Origin: Azolla caroliniana
Taxonomy: Eukaryota; Plantae; Polypodiophyta
Length of the DNA: 64,000 nt
Direction of reading: 5' to 3'
Assembly: GCA_043228905.1 (NCBI GenBank)
Contig: JBHGNT010000009.1
Span: 12,710,001 to 12,774,000 of the forward strand
The notes under the pieces are model-generated. The model saw only the letters and a list, made by a program, of their open reading frames with translations. It did not search any database and was not told the DNA's origin. Numbering within the stretch: position 1 is the first letter of the stretch; every line of letters begins with the position of its first letter. This document shows, one piece after another, positions 36,744-49,682 of the stretch. The position numbers and the translations under genes are program-made.

Positions 36744-38499
36744 TGTGGTGTGCCTGCGTTCCTTTGTGCCACCCTTTTAGCACACCCTTTTTAGCATGCA
36801 TGTTGCTAAGACAACCTAAATGGGTACCTTGTATTGACTATAAATTGAGCAAGAAGCTAAGTAAGTTGTTTTGGACTCTCTTTATGTGCATTTCACATAT
36901 TGGTGGAGATGCGGGGTAAAATTTTAGCTGCTAACACCTCGTTCATGGCATCCCAACTCCCTCCCGTCACTGTAAAAGACAATATCCCTATGCAACCTGA
37001 GTTCCCGCAACCTCATGAGCAATCACACTACTTCCAAATGGAGCAGCTCTTACAAGTCTTCTTCAATGCTATGCTTCAAATCAGCTCTTGAAACTTGCCT
37101 CTAGGGTGCTGATGGAAGAGCTAACCCCCCACGTCCAAGCATCCGCCTCTTCCACTCCGCAGGTATGCACCGCTCTTGCCTCCATCAATCACTTCACCCA
37201 CACCATCTTGTTAGACTTTGGCAGTATTATCTCTTCCATTAGTGTCGCCTTAGTTCACTAGTTAGACATCCACCGCTCCCTCCATCCAAATCCTTTTTGG
37301 CGATCACCAACATCTATACCACTCTCGCACGCAAGCCTGTTACACCGTCACCTTAAGCAATCTCACTTTCTCACACCACTTTTATGTCTTGCCCCACCAA
37401 CTCTTCCCCCTTGCCTTAGGTTGCAATTGGTTCCCCAAGCATTGCACTATAATTGATTTCGTTACTCACCAACTTCTTGTCCCACAAGCTCCCCCAATCC
37501 CCGTCCTACATGATATCCCCCTTGTCCCCCACCTCATCCAAGTCCAGGTGGCCATAAGTCCACAAGAGTGCTTGATCTCCATCTGCCAATTGTTAGCTCG
37601 TTTTTCGTCACTAGCCCCGTCCAACTATTATTTGATTCTAATCAGGGCCAGTAGTTCCATGGAGATGTCCTCAACGCCGTTGTAGCTCAACTAGGTGTCC
37701 AGCTTGTGCTTACGTCCCCATACCATCCTTAGACAAATGGCCTCGTTGAATGCCTCAACAAGACCCTCAAGCAAGAGATTGCCTCTTACATCAATCCATG
37801 CCACAAAACCTAGGATCAAATCTTGCCTTTCGTCACCAACGCTTACAATACATCCGTACAAGCGTCAACACGGATTAGCCCTTTTCGAGCACTCTATGGG
37901 CGTGACCCTCGCCTCCCACTAGAATCTTCCATTGACGTCCATTCCAAACTTGTCAACATGGATAGTGCCACTAGGGGATTCTATCTCCAAAAGATGCTCC
38001 CCTCCTTCGACAAGCCAACTTTCGAAACCTACAAGTCACACAACATCGCCAAAAGCGGCACTACAAGGTTGAATTACCCCAACTTATGCTAATGGAACCA
38101 AAGTTCTCGTTTACTTCCTAGTCCGGTGACGCGGTCTCAAAAAATCCCTCATGCACCGATGGGTCAGCCCATTCATTGTAGTTTGTGCCATAAGATCCAC
38201 TACGTACTTGCTCCGACGCGATTCCAATGGCTGATTCACCTCCACTCATGTTGCTTGCATCAAGCCCTATGCCACCCCAAGCCCATCTTTAGACCCTCGT
38301 TCATTCCCCATGTCATAAACCTCCTTGTTTCTCTCAGGGGGGAAATGTGGTGTGTATGTGTTCCTTTGTGCCACCCTTTTAGCACACCCTTTTTAGCAAC
38401 ATGTAGCTAAGTCAACCTAAATGGGTACCTTTGTATCGACTATAAATTGAGCAAGAAGCTAAGTAAGTTGTTTTGGAGTCTCTTTATGTGCATTTCACA
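36744..38499 (+). mobile_element. Small (1.76 kb) non-autonomous Gypsy-type LTR element with tRNA-Ala PBS
   Basis: 154-bp LTRs at 36744-36897 and 38346-38499. 4-bp TSD ATAT. PBS TGGTGGAGATGCGGGGTA at 36901-36918. PPT AGGGGGGAAA. Decayed protease and integrase (PFVTNAYNTSVQASTRISPFRALYGRDPRLP); no RT/RH. Confidence 0.9.
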
Positions 38500-38586
38500 A
38501 TATGCAATTATTTTTTCTGTTTTTAAGTGTAGATTCATATAAGTGAGTGTATGTGCGTATGTTGTCGAGAAAATCCATGAGTACGT

Positions 38587-39360
38587 TGTCGTGAGGATGG
38601 TGAGAAAACCCGAGCGGGAGGAATAAAGCAAGATGTGCAACATTGCACGTGAACTTAGGAAAATTGTAACATAGGAATAATAGACAAATGTAAGGAGGAA
38701 AAGTAAGATGTAAAGGTATAAAGGTGATGTGCACTTTGTAGACTAGAGGGAGGCACATGAAGTATGGGTGTAGGGAGTAATGGGCATTGAGTATGTTGGT
38801 GAAAGGAGTGGGAGTTAAGACCCATCAATCTCACCTCCTAAGATCGAGGTCAAATACTCTCCTTTGAAAGAAAGGGGATTTGACCACTCCTTTATGTAAT
38901 GTGCCTCACCCCCTACTATTATAAAAGGGAGTGAGGGGTCACTTTTGAGGGGCTTCCACTTTTGGATTTTCTTTGGGGAGTGGTCATTTTGTCATTAGAG
39001 GTAGACCGTTAGGATTTTCTTCATCATCTTTTCCCCGATTTTGTTTTAGGGTTTCGATTTTAGATTCCCCTTTCGTATCATTTCCCTTCTCTCGATTAGT
39101 GTTTAGTTCTTCTTCCTATTCGCTTGGGTTTTCTTCTATTTGTGCTTGAGTTCGGCTTATGGCCGCGGTTGTAATCATATCATGGCTTTCATGCCTTATA
39201 GTGTAATTTGCTTGTTTAACCTTGTCTTCATCTATTTCTCTATCGTGTCAATCTCTTCTTCTTTCTCCTCCCCTTTTGAGGTTGAAGGTCGTAAGGGTTA
39301 AGCTCCCATTTCCCCTCTGCTCCCTAGTCCAAGACCCCCGTGGTCCTGCCCAAGCCGACA
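38587..39360 (+). mobile_element. Solo LTR related to the LTRs of element 51580-56769
   Basis: TGTCGTGAGG...GCCGACA flanked by CGT/CGT (or ACGT). Its end matches GGCGGGACCACGGGG.TCTTGGAC.AGGGAGT of the 51580 LTR in reverse. Confidence 0.75.
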
Positions 39361-39386
39361 CGTACTTGCGGATTTCTGCAACAACG

Positions 39387-40175
39387 TGTCGGCTTGGGCG
39401 GGACCACGGGGTCTTGGACTAGGGAGTAGAGGGGAAATGGGAGCTTATCCCTTACAACCTTCGAGCTCAAAAGGGTAGGAGAAAGAAGAAGAGATTAACA
39501 TTGTAGAGAAATAGATGGAGACAAGCTTAATCAAGCTAATTCCATTATAGGGCACAAAAGCCACAATACGATTACAACCGCAACCATTTAGGCCAGACTC
39601 AAGCACAACTAGAAGAAACAACAATGACTAGAGAGAGAGTGAGAAGGAAACTCTAAACCTTCCTAACTACTACCATGATGACCAAATGAAACCCTAAAAT
39701 GAAATAGGGACAAGATGAAGAAGAAGAAAAGAAAACTCTAATACCCTAATGGTCTACCTTGAAACAACAAAATGGCGACCCCCTCAACGGTGACCCCTCA
39801 CCCCCTTTTATAGTAGAAAGGGGTGAGACTTATTACAAAATGAGAGGCCAAATATTCCACTATTTTGATCTTAGGAGGAGAGATTGATGGGGCCTTAACT
39901 CCCTCTCCTCTCTCTCTCTCTCTCACACTACTATGCCCATTACTCATTACACCCTTACTTATATGCGCCTCTTTTCCCACGTGTGCATGTGCACCTAAGT
40001 GCACATCACATTTAGACTTTACGAACTTTTTGGTGTACTTTAGCACCTTACATCTCACCTCTCCTATTAAATTTGCTTTCTTATTCTTATTTACAATTTC
40101 CTAAGTGCATGTGCAACATCCCGTTTTTATTCGTCCCACTCGGGTTTCTCACCGTAGCCGAAAATCCTCATGACA
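39387..40175 (-). mobile_element. Second solo LTR of the same family, in opposite orientation
   Basis: TGTCGGCTTG...CCTCATGACA flanked by ACG/ACG (or ACGT); an inverted homolog of 38587-39360. Confidence 0.75.
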
Positions 40176-42215
40176 ACGTGAAAATATGTACATATATATT
40201 TGTACATATAAGTGTCTAAATTTGTGTGAGAAAGCGAGTGTGTATGTGTTTAGTGTAGGTATGGGTTTTGGTATATTAATTTTCTGTAAGGGAAAAAGAA
40301 AAGAAAGTTTGAAACCTAGGCTCATAGGGACTGACCCGAGGTTCAATGACTTGAAGCTGGAGGCTAGGTGTTGGGCATCAATCGACGATGTCGAGCAACA
40401 ATTGGAACAATTGTTGTTGCATCATCTGATCTCAGTCATTGATCACCATCCTCTCCTCTTCTCCTTGTGGCTCAAAACAAGGGTTTGCACTTGTTGTCCC
40501 CTTTCATGGAATTTCTACATGAAAAATAAAACCTTTCTGGAATTATATTCCACTTTTATCCTTCATGGAATCTAATTATCCTATAGATTTTGTCTTTTGG
40601 GGAATTAGATTTTGACCTTTGGCTAATTTAACTCTAGGAAGGCTTTGACATTTGAGTTATTCAATTCGATAAAGGTTTTGACATTCGTAGAATTATATTA
40701 CACAAAGGTTTTAAACCATCGTGGATTTTATTTCCACAAAGGTTTTAGACCTTTGTGGAATTTTTCCACGAAGGCTTTCACATAATATTTTTTATTTTCA
40801 TCTTCAACTATGAGCATCGGTAGGGCGTACTTTGATTTTTGCGCCAAAAAATATGCCACCATCCTCACAAGAATTGTTGATGGTGTTGTGTCATCTCCTA
40901 GAAGTACGAGATTGAAACTTGAATTTCACTCAAAGTAGAGATGATTTTGAGTACACATTTACCTAAGATGTTTGGATTTCCCAGTCGAAATTCCATGGCG
41001 ACCCTTGATTAATCTCAAATAGCAAAGGTCACAATTGACAATGCTTTGCCCAAATACATAAAGTTTAATACATGAGGGTAGTAATATTTTCCGGGTTTAC
41101 AAGAAATTCGAAAGGGAATTAAATCAAGATGTAATTGTTTTTCTTAACAACAATCAACCTTGTTAAAGAAGAGGTAAAAAGTAAAGGTTATGAAATGAAA
41201 TTATGGGAGAATATCCTTGAGATTAAAGTGGCGAGTCTCTAGTTGACATATTGCCTTTGACATGGTAGGCCTCTCGCATACCCTTATGACTTGCCAATCC
41301 GTGAATTTCCACCAACCGTTGAAGGCCGACTCGGACTTCGTCTCCGAAGGCCCGTCTTCGTTCTATCCAGAGTTCGATTCGCTCCGATCCGACTCGTCTC
41401 TGCCAGTGTCATATTCTGGCATCTTCTTCTTCCCCTTCTCTTTGCGTGTGAACCGTCGCCTCGGTTCCTTGCATAGGGCGAGCACGGCCGAGTCTCCACT
41501 ACTCACCGTCTCTTCATCCAACTAGTCGTTTTGACTCAGTCGCTCATTCGGCCTGCTCAATTGAAATGAGATTGGACTCTCGTCTAGAGTACCAAACCCT
41601 TCTTCCTCTTCTTCTGTCTGGATCATTTCGGGCTCACTGGCCTCATCTTCTGGAATTAGGTGGCCGGGAGTTGGAGTCGGTAGAGAGTACCAGAATGCGA
41701 CTCGTCGAACTCGATATCTGGGCTTACTCCAAGTTCCTTTGTTCGGGGGTTATAACATTTATACCCCTTTTGTTCATGTGAGTAGCCGACTAAAATGCAC
41801 GTCTTCGACTTCGGGTCCAACTTCTTTCGCTTCTCATCCGGTACATGCACATACGCAATGTTGCCGAATATCCTAAGGTGTCTCAAATTGGGCTTTCGCC
41901 CGAAATATAGTTCGTGAACTGGCACCTTCTCCCTGATCCGGTTCTGGATGTACACCGCAATCTGAACTGTTTCAACCCAGTAGACCTTAGGCATGTTTTT
42001 CTCTTCCAGCATTGCCTGTGCCGCTTCGACAATCGATCGATTCTTCCTCTCGGCTACGTCATTTTTGCTCTAACGTTTATCTGTAGTTGAATTCTCTCCG
42101 AATTCCCTGTTGTTGTAGATAATAGTTGAATTTGTCGGAAAAGTATTCTTTTCCGCCATATGACAGTAGGCACTTGATCTTCCTCTCCGTTTCCCGTTTA
42201 ACAAGACTTTGTAGG

Positions 42216-42304
42216 TGTTAATAATTAGGTAATTAAACATGGGTTAATTAGTACCTAATTATGTGATTAAGTTAAGCGGAAGATTAAGTGATATGTGTGT
42301 GAGA

Positions 42305-42348
<44 letters not shown>

Positions 42349-42664
42349 CTTATGAACAACACAAGATGGGGGATGAGTAACTATATTAAATTAGCATTAT
42401 CATCATCAAATACGAAAATACCTACAATGAGGTATATATAGATCTAATGTGCAAGGGTGCACATGTGTGAGGATAATATAGGTACAAAAGTGTAAGTCCT
42501 ATATTAAATGTACTTAGGAGTGGAGGATCTAGAATATCCCATTTAAGTACAAGGTCCTATTTAAGGCGTTATAGTCAACACTTCTAACTAGATTCTATTT
42601 AGTTAACTACGAAGTTACATGGTTGACTAACTAACTAAACTAAGTTGAGCTTGACCTCTCAACA
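42216..42664 (-). mobile_element. Copia solo LTR
   Basis: TGTTAATA...CTCAACA, homologous to 27101-28265. TSD not cleanly readable. Confidence 0.75.
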
Positions 42665-43973
42665 ACAGTTCCGGAAACAGTCGAAGACCTTACTTTTCTT
42701 CTCAATGAGATAGATCCACGTGTGTTGGCTGTAGTCGTCGATGAAGGAGATGGAATATTGACTCCTGCCAAGACTAACATTTTGTGTCAATCCCCAAATG
42801 TCCGAATGTATTAAGTCAAGCTTGTTACAACTTTGGTTTCTTTTTTTGGGGAATGGAAGCCGGTGTTGCTTCCCGAGCTAGCAAGCTTCACAAATTCGGG
42901 CATTTCGGCCACTAAATTTCGGTAGTCTGAATACAACTTGTTTTGAATGCAGGTCCTGAAGCCTTTGATAATTGACATGGCCAATCCTCTTATGCCATAA
43001 CTCGATATCCGACTCGACCTTCTGTTATTTTGGGAATAAGGTGGTGTGACGTCGTTTGTGTCGAGGATAAACATCCTCCCGTCCCAACGTCCTCCCGTCC
43101 TTGCGCGATGATCTAGCCCTCTTCCTCGATGAAGCACCCGAGACGCATGAATCGACTTTGCATCCCCCGATCGACGATCTGCCTGACCGACACCAGGTTC
43201 TTTGTTATTGTCAGGACGTGCAACACATTCATGAGTTTTCCCTTTTGTTCTATCAGGTGTGGAGTGTCGTCTCTGGTTTTGACCACTCTCGGTTGCTCTA
43301 GTTTCTCTAGATACGAGAACCACTCTTCATGGCTCGTCATATGGTTCGACACCCCGGAGTCAACATACCACACTTCTTCCAACTTGGAGGTGGTCTTCAT
43401 CATCAAGTTCGCCTTGTGCTTCATCACAAAGTTTGGGCCTAATCCATTTCAGGTCTTTTCAGTTATGGATCCTTCTGATCCTTCGGCGTAGGGCGAGCAT
43501 TATCAAATCCCTTGTCTGGTCTTGCTGAATCCAAATTTGTCTGAATCGGCGTGCTTCTTCTCTTCCAGCACTCGCTCTCTCGGTGACCTTTCTTGCCACA
43601 ATTCTAGCATTTCGTTTCGATTTTTGATTGCCTGTTCTCAGCACTGCCTTGACTCCCCCTACTTGTGGAGGGTCCAAAACTGTTGTTGACACTATCTCCG
43701 TGCCTCTGACTCTACTCTTGTCGGCCGCCACTATTGCGTGATGATCCACCTCGTCCTCCATGCCCACGGGGCCGATCCGCCTCCGTGTACAACATCCGGC
43801 TATCCGGTTGAGTGGTCTTCGGCCCACGTTTTCTTCGACCATCAACATTGATTGCAAGTCGAAGAAGGACGGTGGCTTCTCTCGGGTGCAAATCGTTGTC
43901 CGGATAGGCCTGCATCTTTGCACGAAACCACAGAGGCAGATCTGGACCATTTCGTCTTCGTCCACTATCACAT

Positions 43974-45249
43974 TGTCGTGAAAATACGACGAGGACATGT
44001 GAACTTGAGGCAGGACCCCAGGGCCTCCGACTAGAGGATATCACATTCGTGCTTTTATATTTTTAACAATTAACGAAAATAAGAAATTTAATAATTTTCA
44101 TTAACAAAGGAAAAGAAATTACAATATGTCCCAAGATTGAGATTCAAAAGTTTTAGGTTTACTGAGATTAATAGAAAAGAGAAATTAGGGGTTTTGAGAG
44201 ATATGGCTTCCGTAGGGAAAATTAGGGTTTTTGAGTGTTATGGCTTTCGTAGGGAAAATTAGGATTAGGTTATACGAGAGATATGGCTTCCGTAGGGAAA
44301 ATTAGGGTTTTTAAGTGTTATGGCTTCCGTAGGGAAATTAAGATTAGGTTACATGAGAGATATGGCTTCCGCAGGGAAAATTAGGGTTTTTGAGTGTTAT
44401 GGCTTCGATAAGATAAGGGAGCTAAGAAGGAAAAGAAAAATAAAAATGGAGAGAGAATGAGTGTAGGAAAAAAAAATGGAATATATATGGAGTTCTCCAT
44501 TGATCATAATCCTTTGCATGCGTCCCGTTTTAGTTGCATGGCCTCTTTTTTTAATTGCTTCCGCCTTTACTTTTAGTTGCATGACCTCCTTTTTTAGTTG
44601 GTTCGCTTTTACTTTTACTTTACTTTAATTCGCCACATGATCCTATCATCTGTCCGTCTTGATCGCCGCCCATCCAATTCGTTCGGTCCGCGTCCAGCCT
44701 CGTCCGGTCATCGGTTCCGCCTGATCACCGGTTCCGTTCGGTCGTCGGTTCTCGGTTGCCGACTCTGCCCGATTTCCGGTTTGATTGCCGGCCGGTTCTG
44801 GTTTGATGCCTAGTTGGTTCCAATTTGATGACCAACCAGTTCCGGTTTGATTGCCGACCGGTTATGGTTTGATTGCCGACTGGTTTCGGTTTGATGCCCG
44901 ACCGGTTTCAGTTTGATGACCAGCCGGTTCCACTTTGATTGCTGGCCGGTTCCAGGAACATAGCCACATTCATCCATCTAGACAAAAGTGGCTCAAGTTC
45001 AACTATTTTCTTTGTGCTCTTGATAGTTCTATCTATGTGGGATAAATCATAGTTCTATTTTCCTTATCTTCTCAAACTTCATGTCCACATAACTTGATAT
45101 GTAGTTGTCCATTTTATATGTAGTAAAATGCGTTTTGAAGCTCTTGAGTACATCCATCTTTCCATATCAAGCCACTAATCTAATCTAAAATAATTATTTC
45201 ATTATTTTTTTACATAGTTTTCATATCGTGTGTGAAAAACCACACAACA
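43974..45249. mobile_element. 1276-bp TG...CA insertion (probable solo LTR) with internal tandem repeats
   Basis: TGTCGTGA...CACAACA with TSD ACAT/ACGT. Removal restores the Copia gag codons G-S-I-N-V-I-V. Contains ~40-bp repeats with TTAGGGTTT (44180-44410) and 21-bp repeats (44775-44955). Confidence 0.78.
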
Positions 45250-46659
45250 ACGTTGATGGACCCCAACGCATCGCAAATCTCCTTTATTTTGGTGCTATAG
45301 TTGGTAACCAACAAATCTCGTTGTTAGATGTTGTTGAGCTCTTGTCGGAGTTGCAACTTCCAGGCCATGATGCTTGCTGCGAAAATCTTCTTCAGATTTT
45401 CGCAAGCTTCTTTCAGTGATTTTGCATCCTTGATGTAGCAGAGCATCTAATCATGCACGCCGGGAAGTCCTTGTGTGCCGACTCCGGCGCTACCTCATTT
45501 GCTCCCTCGACATAGCTCTAATATCCGTGTCCGAGTAGGTATTGGTGCATATTGTATGACCAAGATGTGTAGTTATTTCTGTCGAGCTTCTCCGTTGGTA
45601 ACGAGCTAGCCATGCGTTTGTCCATTCTTTATTCGGTCTATTCTTTTCTGGAAGTTAGGTTTTCTTGTCTACTTAGCGCTTTCTGTCAGTGGTAGAGGAT
45701 TTTCAACCCTCTCACTCTCATACCATGAAAAGAGTTACATGCGGAAGCTCTTAGACAAAACTGAGTTCACCAAATATCAATGGAAAAATATGTGTAGGTT
45801 TAATGGAAGCTACATGAATACACAGAGAGAGCGGGAGAAATAGAGAGAGCAGAATAGTAAACCTTAATTCAAAAATAATGAACACTCTTTGTACATACAA
45901 TGTGCTCAATGAGCACTTTTATACAAGTCCTTAAAGGATTGACATGTACTTCAAAGCTCGTTCCGAGCTACTGACACTAACTCCTAAAAAGATGCCTATT
46001 TTCTAGGCTAGGAACATAGGCCCCTAACGGCCTACCGATTACACTCAGATCCAGACATTGATTCGGGCACCAATCCGACTCTTCGTTTCGGACACCGACC
46101 CAGCTCCTCGTTATGGATACCAATCCCTGACATTGATCCCCGGCATGTGAGTTGCCAAGGTAGGTAGGAATGTGCTACAAATTGATCCCCGACAAGTGGT
46201 TGGCGATCACCCGCAAGTGGATGATATACCAATTGCAAACGTCACACTAGTTACAAGCGTTGACTACGCAACCACTAGAGGCCTGTGATTAGCAGTCACC
46301 TCATGATGGTGGGTTCTACGCTTAGGTGTGATCCCTCCATAGTATATTAGCATGACTTTAGGGTTTGCCTTATGGCAATGGTACCATTCAACATCCCTCA
46401 CGCTCACGACATCCCATACATGCCTTCAACATCCCATTTCTCACTTCCTCACATCTTTTCATTGTAAGAATGGGACTACATTCGTTAGCCACACATTCCC
46501 TTTTGCCTCTTTTAGTATGTATGCATGGGACTACTTTCGATAGCCGACATTTTTTCATAATCTTAATATTTCCTTTCCAATGCGCGGAACTACATTGTAG
46601 CCGGCATTTGTATTCACTACATGTTCTACCCTTTCGTTGTAACCAATTTACCCTACATC

Positions 46660-47400
46660 ACTCTCCCTCCCCCTCACTTTCTCTTCCATAATATCCTTTC
46701 CCCATAGTCTCTCTCTATGTTAAGTCTACCCCTCTTTTATTTTTACCTAATTCTCATCATACATTTACCTATTTTCAACTCTACCCCTCCCCTACCTTTT
46801 CCATATTTTCATTATACCCTCCCCCCTCACCTTTTAACTTTTAGCATCCTCCCCTCCCCTCATTTTTTCCTATTTTTCAACTTTACCCCTCTCCTACATT
46901 TCCCTAATTCTCACCATAGCCTCCCCTCGCTTTTTCTAATTTTTAACTCTACCTCTCACTTTTCATAATTCATCCTCCTCCTACCCCTCTTCTCATTTTT
47001 TGTTTCTTCCTATTTTTCTACTCTATCATAATACCCTCCCCTCCCCCTCGGCTTTCCTTTTTGTTTTAACTCTAACCCTCCCTCTTTGAGTCATATCACT
47101 TTGTATACTCCTACCCCTCCCCTTACATTTCCAATTTTGTCTTTCTACCCCTCCCCCAAACTTTAAATTCTATCATTCTAACCCTCCCCTTATTTTTAGA
47201 CTACCCCTCTCCTCACCTTTCATAATTTCAGAATCTAACCTCTTACCCCTCCCCCTACTTTTTATAATTCTCCCCCTTGCCCCCCCCCCCCCCCCCCCCA
47301 ACTTTTACCTATTTTCCTCCTATCCCTCCCCTCAATTCCCTCCCTTTAAGTTTTATCTCATGCACCTCTGTTTTATATTTATCCCACCCTAACTTTTTTA
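46660..47400. repeat. C/T-rich degenerate repeat region (CTACCCCTCCC-like units, poly-C at ~47280-47299)
   Basis: Directly visible. Confidence 0.8.
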
Positions 47401-47458
47401 TTTTTGGTAAAAGCACACAATTATATTAATTGTATGTATAGTCCACTTAGTTACAACA

Positions 47459-49682
47459 TGTTGAGAATCGAATTCAACTTCCCATAGAAATAGGTTTCAC
47501 ACTAAGCTCATGGACATACCAGGCTAGTCTTGTAAATAGTAGAAAGGGCCCTTGCCCTAGTTTAGTTGGTATTTAAATCAACCTTTTGTAACTTTGTTAC
47601 TGTTGGACGATAATATACAGTCTTCTTGGTTAATAACTTTCTCTCTCTTTTCTCTTCGTTGCATAACACACAGTCCTTCCGCTACATACAATCACTCTCA
47701 TTTCTTTACATGGTATCAGAGTGCGTGGTAGCTTGATCCAAGCCCAGACCGAAGAAATGCGTTCACAAAGAGCTGGCTAATCACTGCACAACATTCGAAC
47801 ATACCAAGGAAACAGAGAAGAAATCACCATGAATACTCAAATGGGAAGCGCTCTTCCTACAAAGAAGCTCGACAGGACAAACTTCTCATCTTGGGAGTAC
47901 AAGATGCATCAGTACCTTGTCGAACAAGGATCTTGGAGCTATATTGAAGGAGCTCACGAAACGCAACCCAACCCGACACACACCGACTACCTAGCGTGGG
48001 AGCAAGCGGCAAGTCGTGTGTTGTATTGCCTTGCATCATAGCGTACATGATCACATGCTTGGCTATATTCGAGAGGTGAAAATGATGAAAGAAGCGTGGG
48101 GCAATCTCAAGAAGATCTTCGCGGCCAATACGACTGCCCACAAGCTCCAACTTCATCAGAAGTTGAATGAAATTCAACAAAGGGACATGTCAATCGGCAA
48201 CTATGCCTTGAAGATCAAGGAGCTGTGCGATGCCCTCGGGTCGATCAATGTTGGCATTGACGATGAAGAAATGGTGCAAATATGCCTTGGAGGCTTCACA
48301 CCTCGATTCAGCGCAATAAGGTCCATCATCCTCGCAAGAGAGAATCCTCCCACCTATTTCGATCTCCAGTCAATATTGCTCGTCGAGGAAAATCATGCCC
48401 GACAAAGGAGCAACGCAGTAGAGGGTCAGATGCTCTACTCCCAGTCAGATGATGGAAGACATTTCGGCCGTGGAAATAAAGGTCGATTCTGACAAGGTCG
48501 TCATGGTCAGCTGACCCAAGAGCGTAACTCCCACCAATGGTAAGCAGATAGGAACAATCCCAGAGAGTTTGGCAAAAGGGGGAGTCATCATGCCGGACCA
48601 AGCAACCGTAATAACACGATCAAATGCGGATACTACGGAAAACTTGGTCACTACGAAGAGGAGTGCCGAAAGAAGAAGCGAGAGTCAGCTTCAACGAAGC
48701 GACAGTTCACGAATTACGCATCGAATTCTGACTACGACGATCGTAGCGGAATGCTTACGAATTACGCATCAAATTCCGACTACAACGATCGTAGCGGAAT
48801 GCTCAAGAATTACGCATCGAATTCCAACTACGACGATCGTAGCGGAATGTTCATGATGAGGCACAAAGTGCACTCAATGGTGACACAAGGTGAAACAAGC
48901 ACCACGCCCTCAAAGAATGTATGGTTTGTTGACTTAGGAGCATCCAACCACATGACGTTTGATGAAGATTGGTTTCGGGAATTACGAAAACCCGAACATC
49001 CCGGATATGTCAAGACAGGCGATGACACGACTCATCCAATACAGTATATCAGGAACGTCCCATTCGGAAACGACGGCAAACAAACCTACCTCAAGAATGT
49101 ACTACATGTTCCTACTATCACGAAAAACCTGCTCTCGGTCGGCCAGATTATCGAACAAGGAATTCAAGTACGATTCAACAATGATGGGTGCTTTATCGAA
49201 AGAGGCGATCGAGCCGTAGCTCACGGACGTCGTGAAGGTCGTATGTTTTTCCTCGAATCGAATGAGGTAAAATCGGCCATGTTTGCAAAGGGCCTCAAAG
49301 TCAAAACCGACCTAAACTTGTGGCACAAGAGAATTGGTCACATCAATCTCTAGAAGCTTCAGAACTTGCAATCGAAAGGAGTCGTAATCGGACTCCCGAA
49401 CTTTATCGTGAAGGAGATTACGAGCATATGCAAAGCGTGCCAGTTCGGAAAGCAATGCAGACATCCATTCCTGAAAGAGAGGAATGTGAGCAAAGGGATC
49501 CTAGATGTTGTACATTCAGATGTATGGGGACCGGCCAAGACAACCACACTTGGTGGATGCCGATATTACATCATGTTCATCGACGATTTCTCCAGGCACA
49601 CCTGGATCTAGCCGATGAGATAGAAGAGCGAAATGTTCGGACACTTCCAAAGGTTCAAGGCCGAAGTCGAAAAAACTACGGC
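47459..49682 (+). mobile_element. 5' part of a Copia (same group as 1019-13544): LTR 47459-47710, PBS 47711-47721, gag-protease-integrase start
   Basis: TGTTGAGAATC...TTCTTTACA, TGGTATCAGAG, MNTQMGSALPTKKLDRTNFSSWEYKM, WFVDLGASNHM and FIDDFSRHTW. Interrupted at 49683. Confidence 0.93.

Larger units (their letters stand above)
41262..46060 (-). mobile_element. Decayed Copia (same group as 1019-13544): 5' LTR from 45726, PBS ~45715-45725, gag, protease, integrase. Interrupted by solo LTRs at 43974-45249 and 42216-42664.
   Basis: SSLPTEKLDRNNY gag start, DEDEMVQICL, WYVDSGVSNHM, KKLDPKSKTCILVGYSHEQKGYKCY, and PBS TGGTATGAGAG. Right LTR boundary uncertain. Confidence 0.85.

Noticed and set aside
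40180-41261. AT-rich segment with short GGAATT/GGTTTT repeats as another LTR
   Set aside because: Probably TE-derived, but I could not define termini or a TSD.
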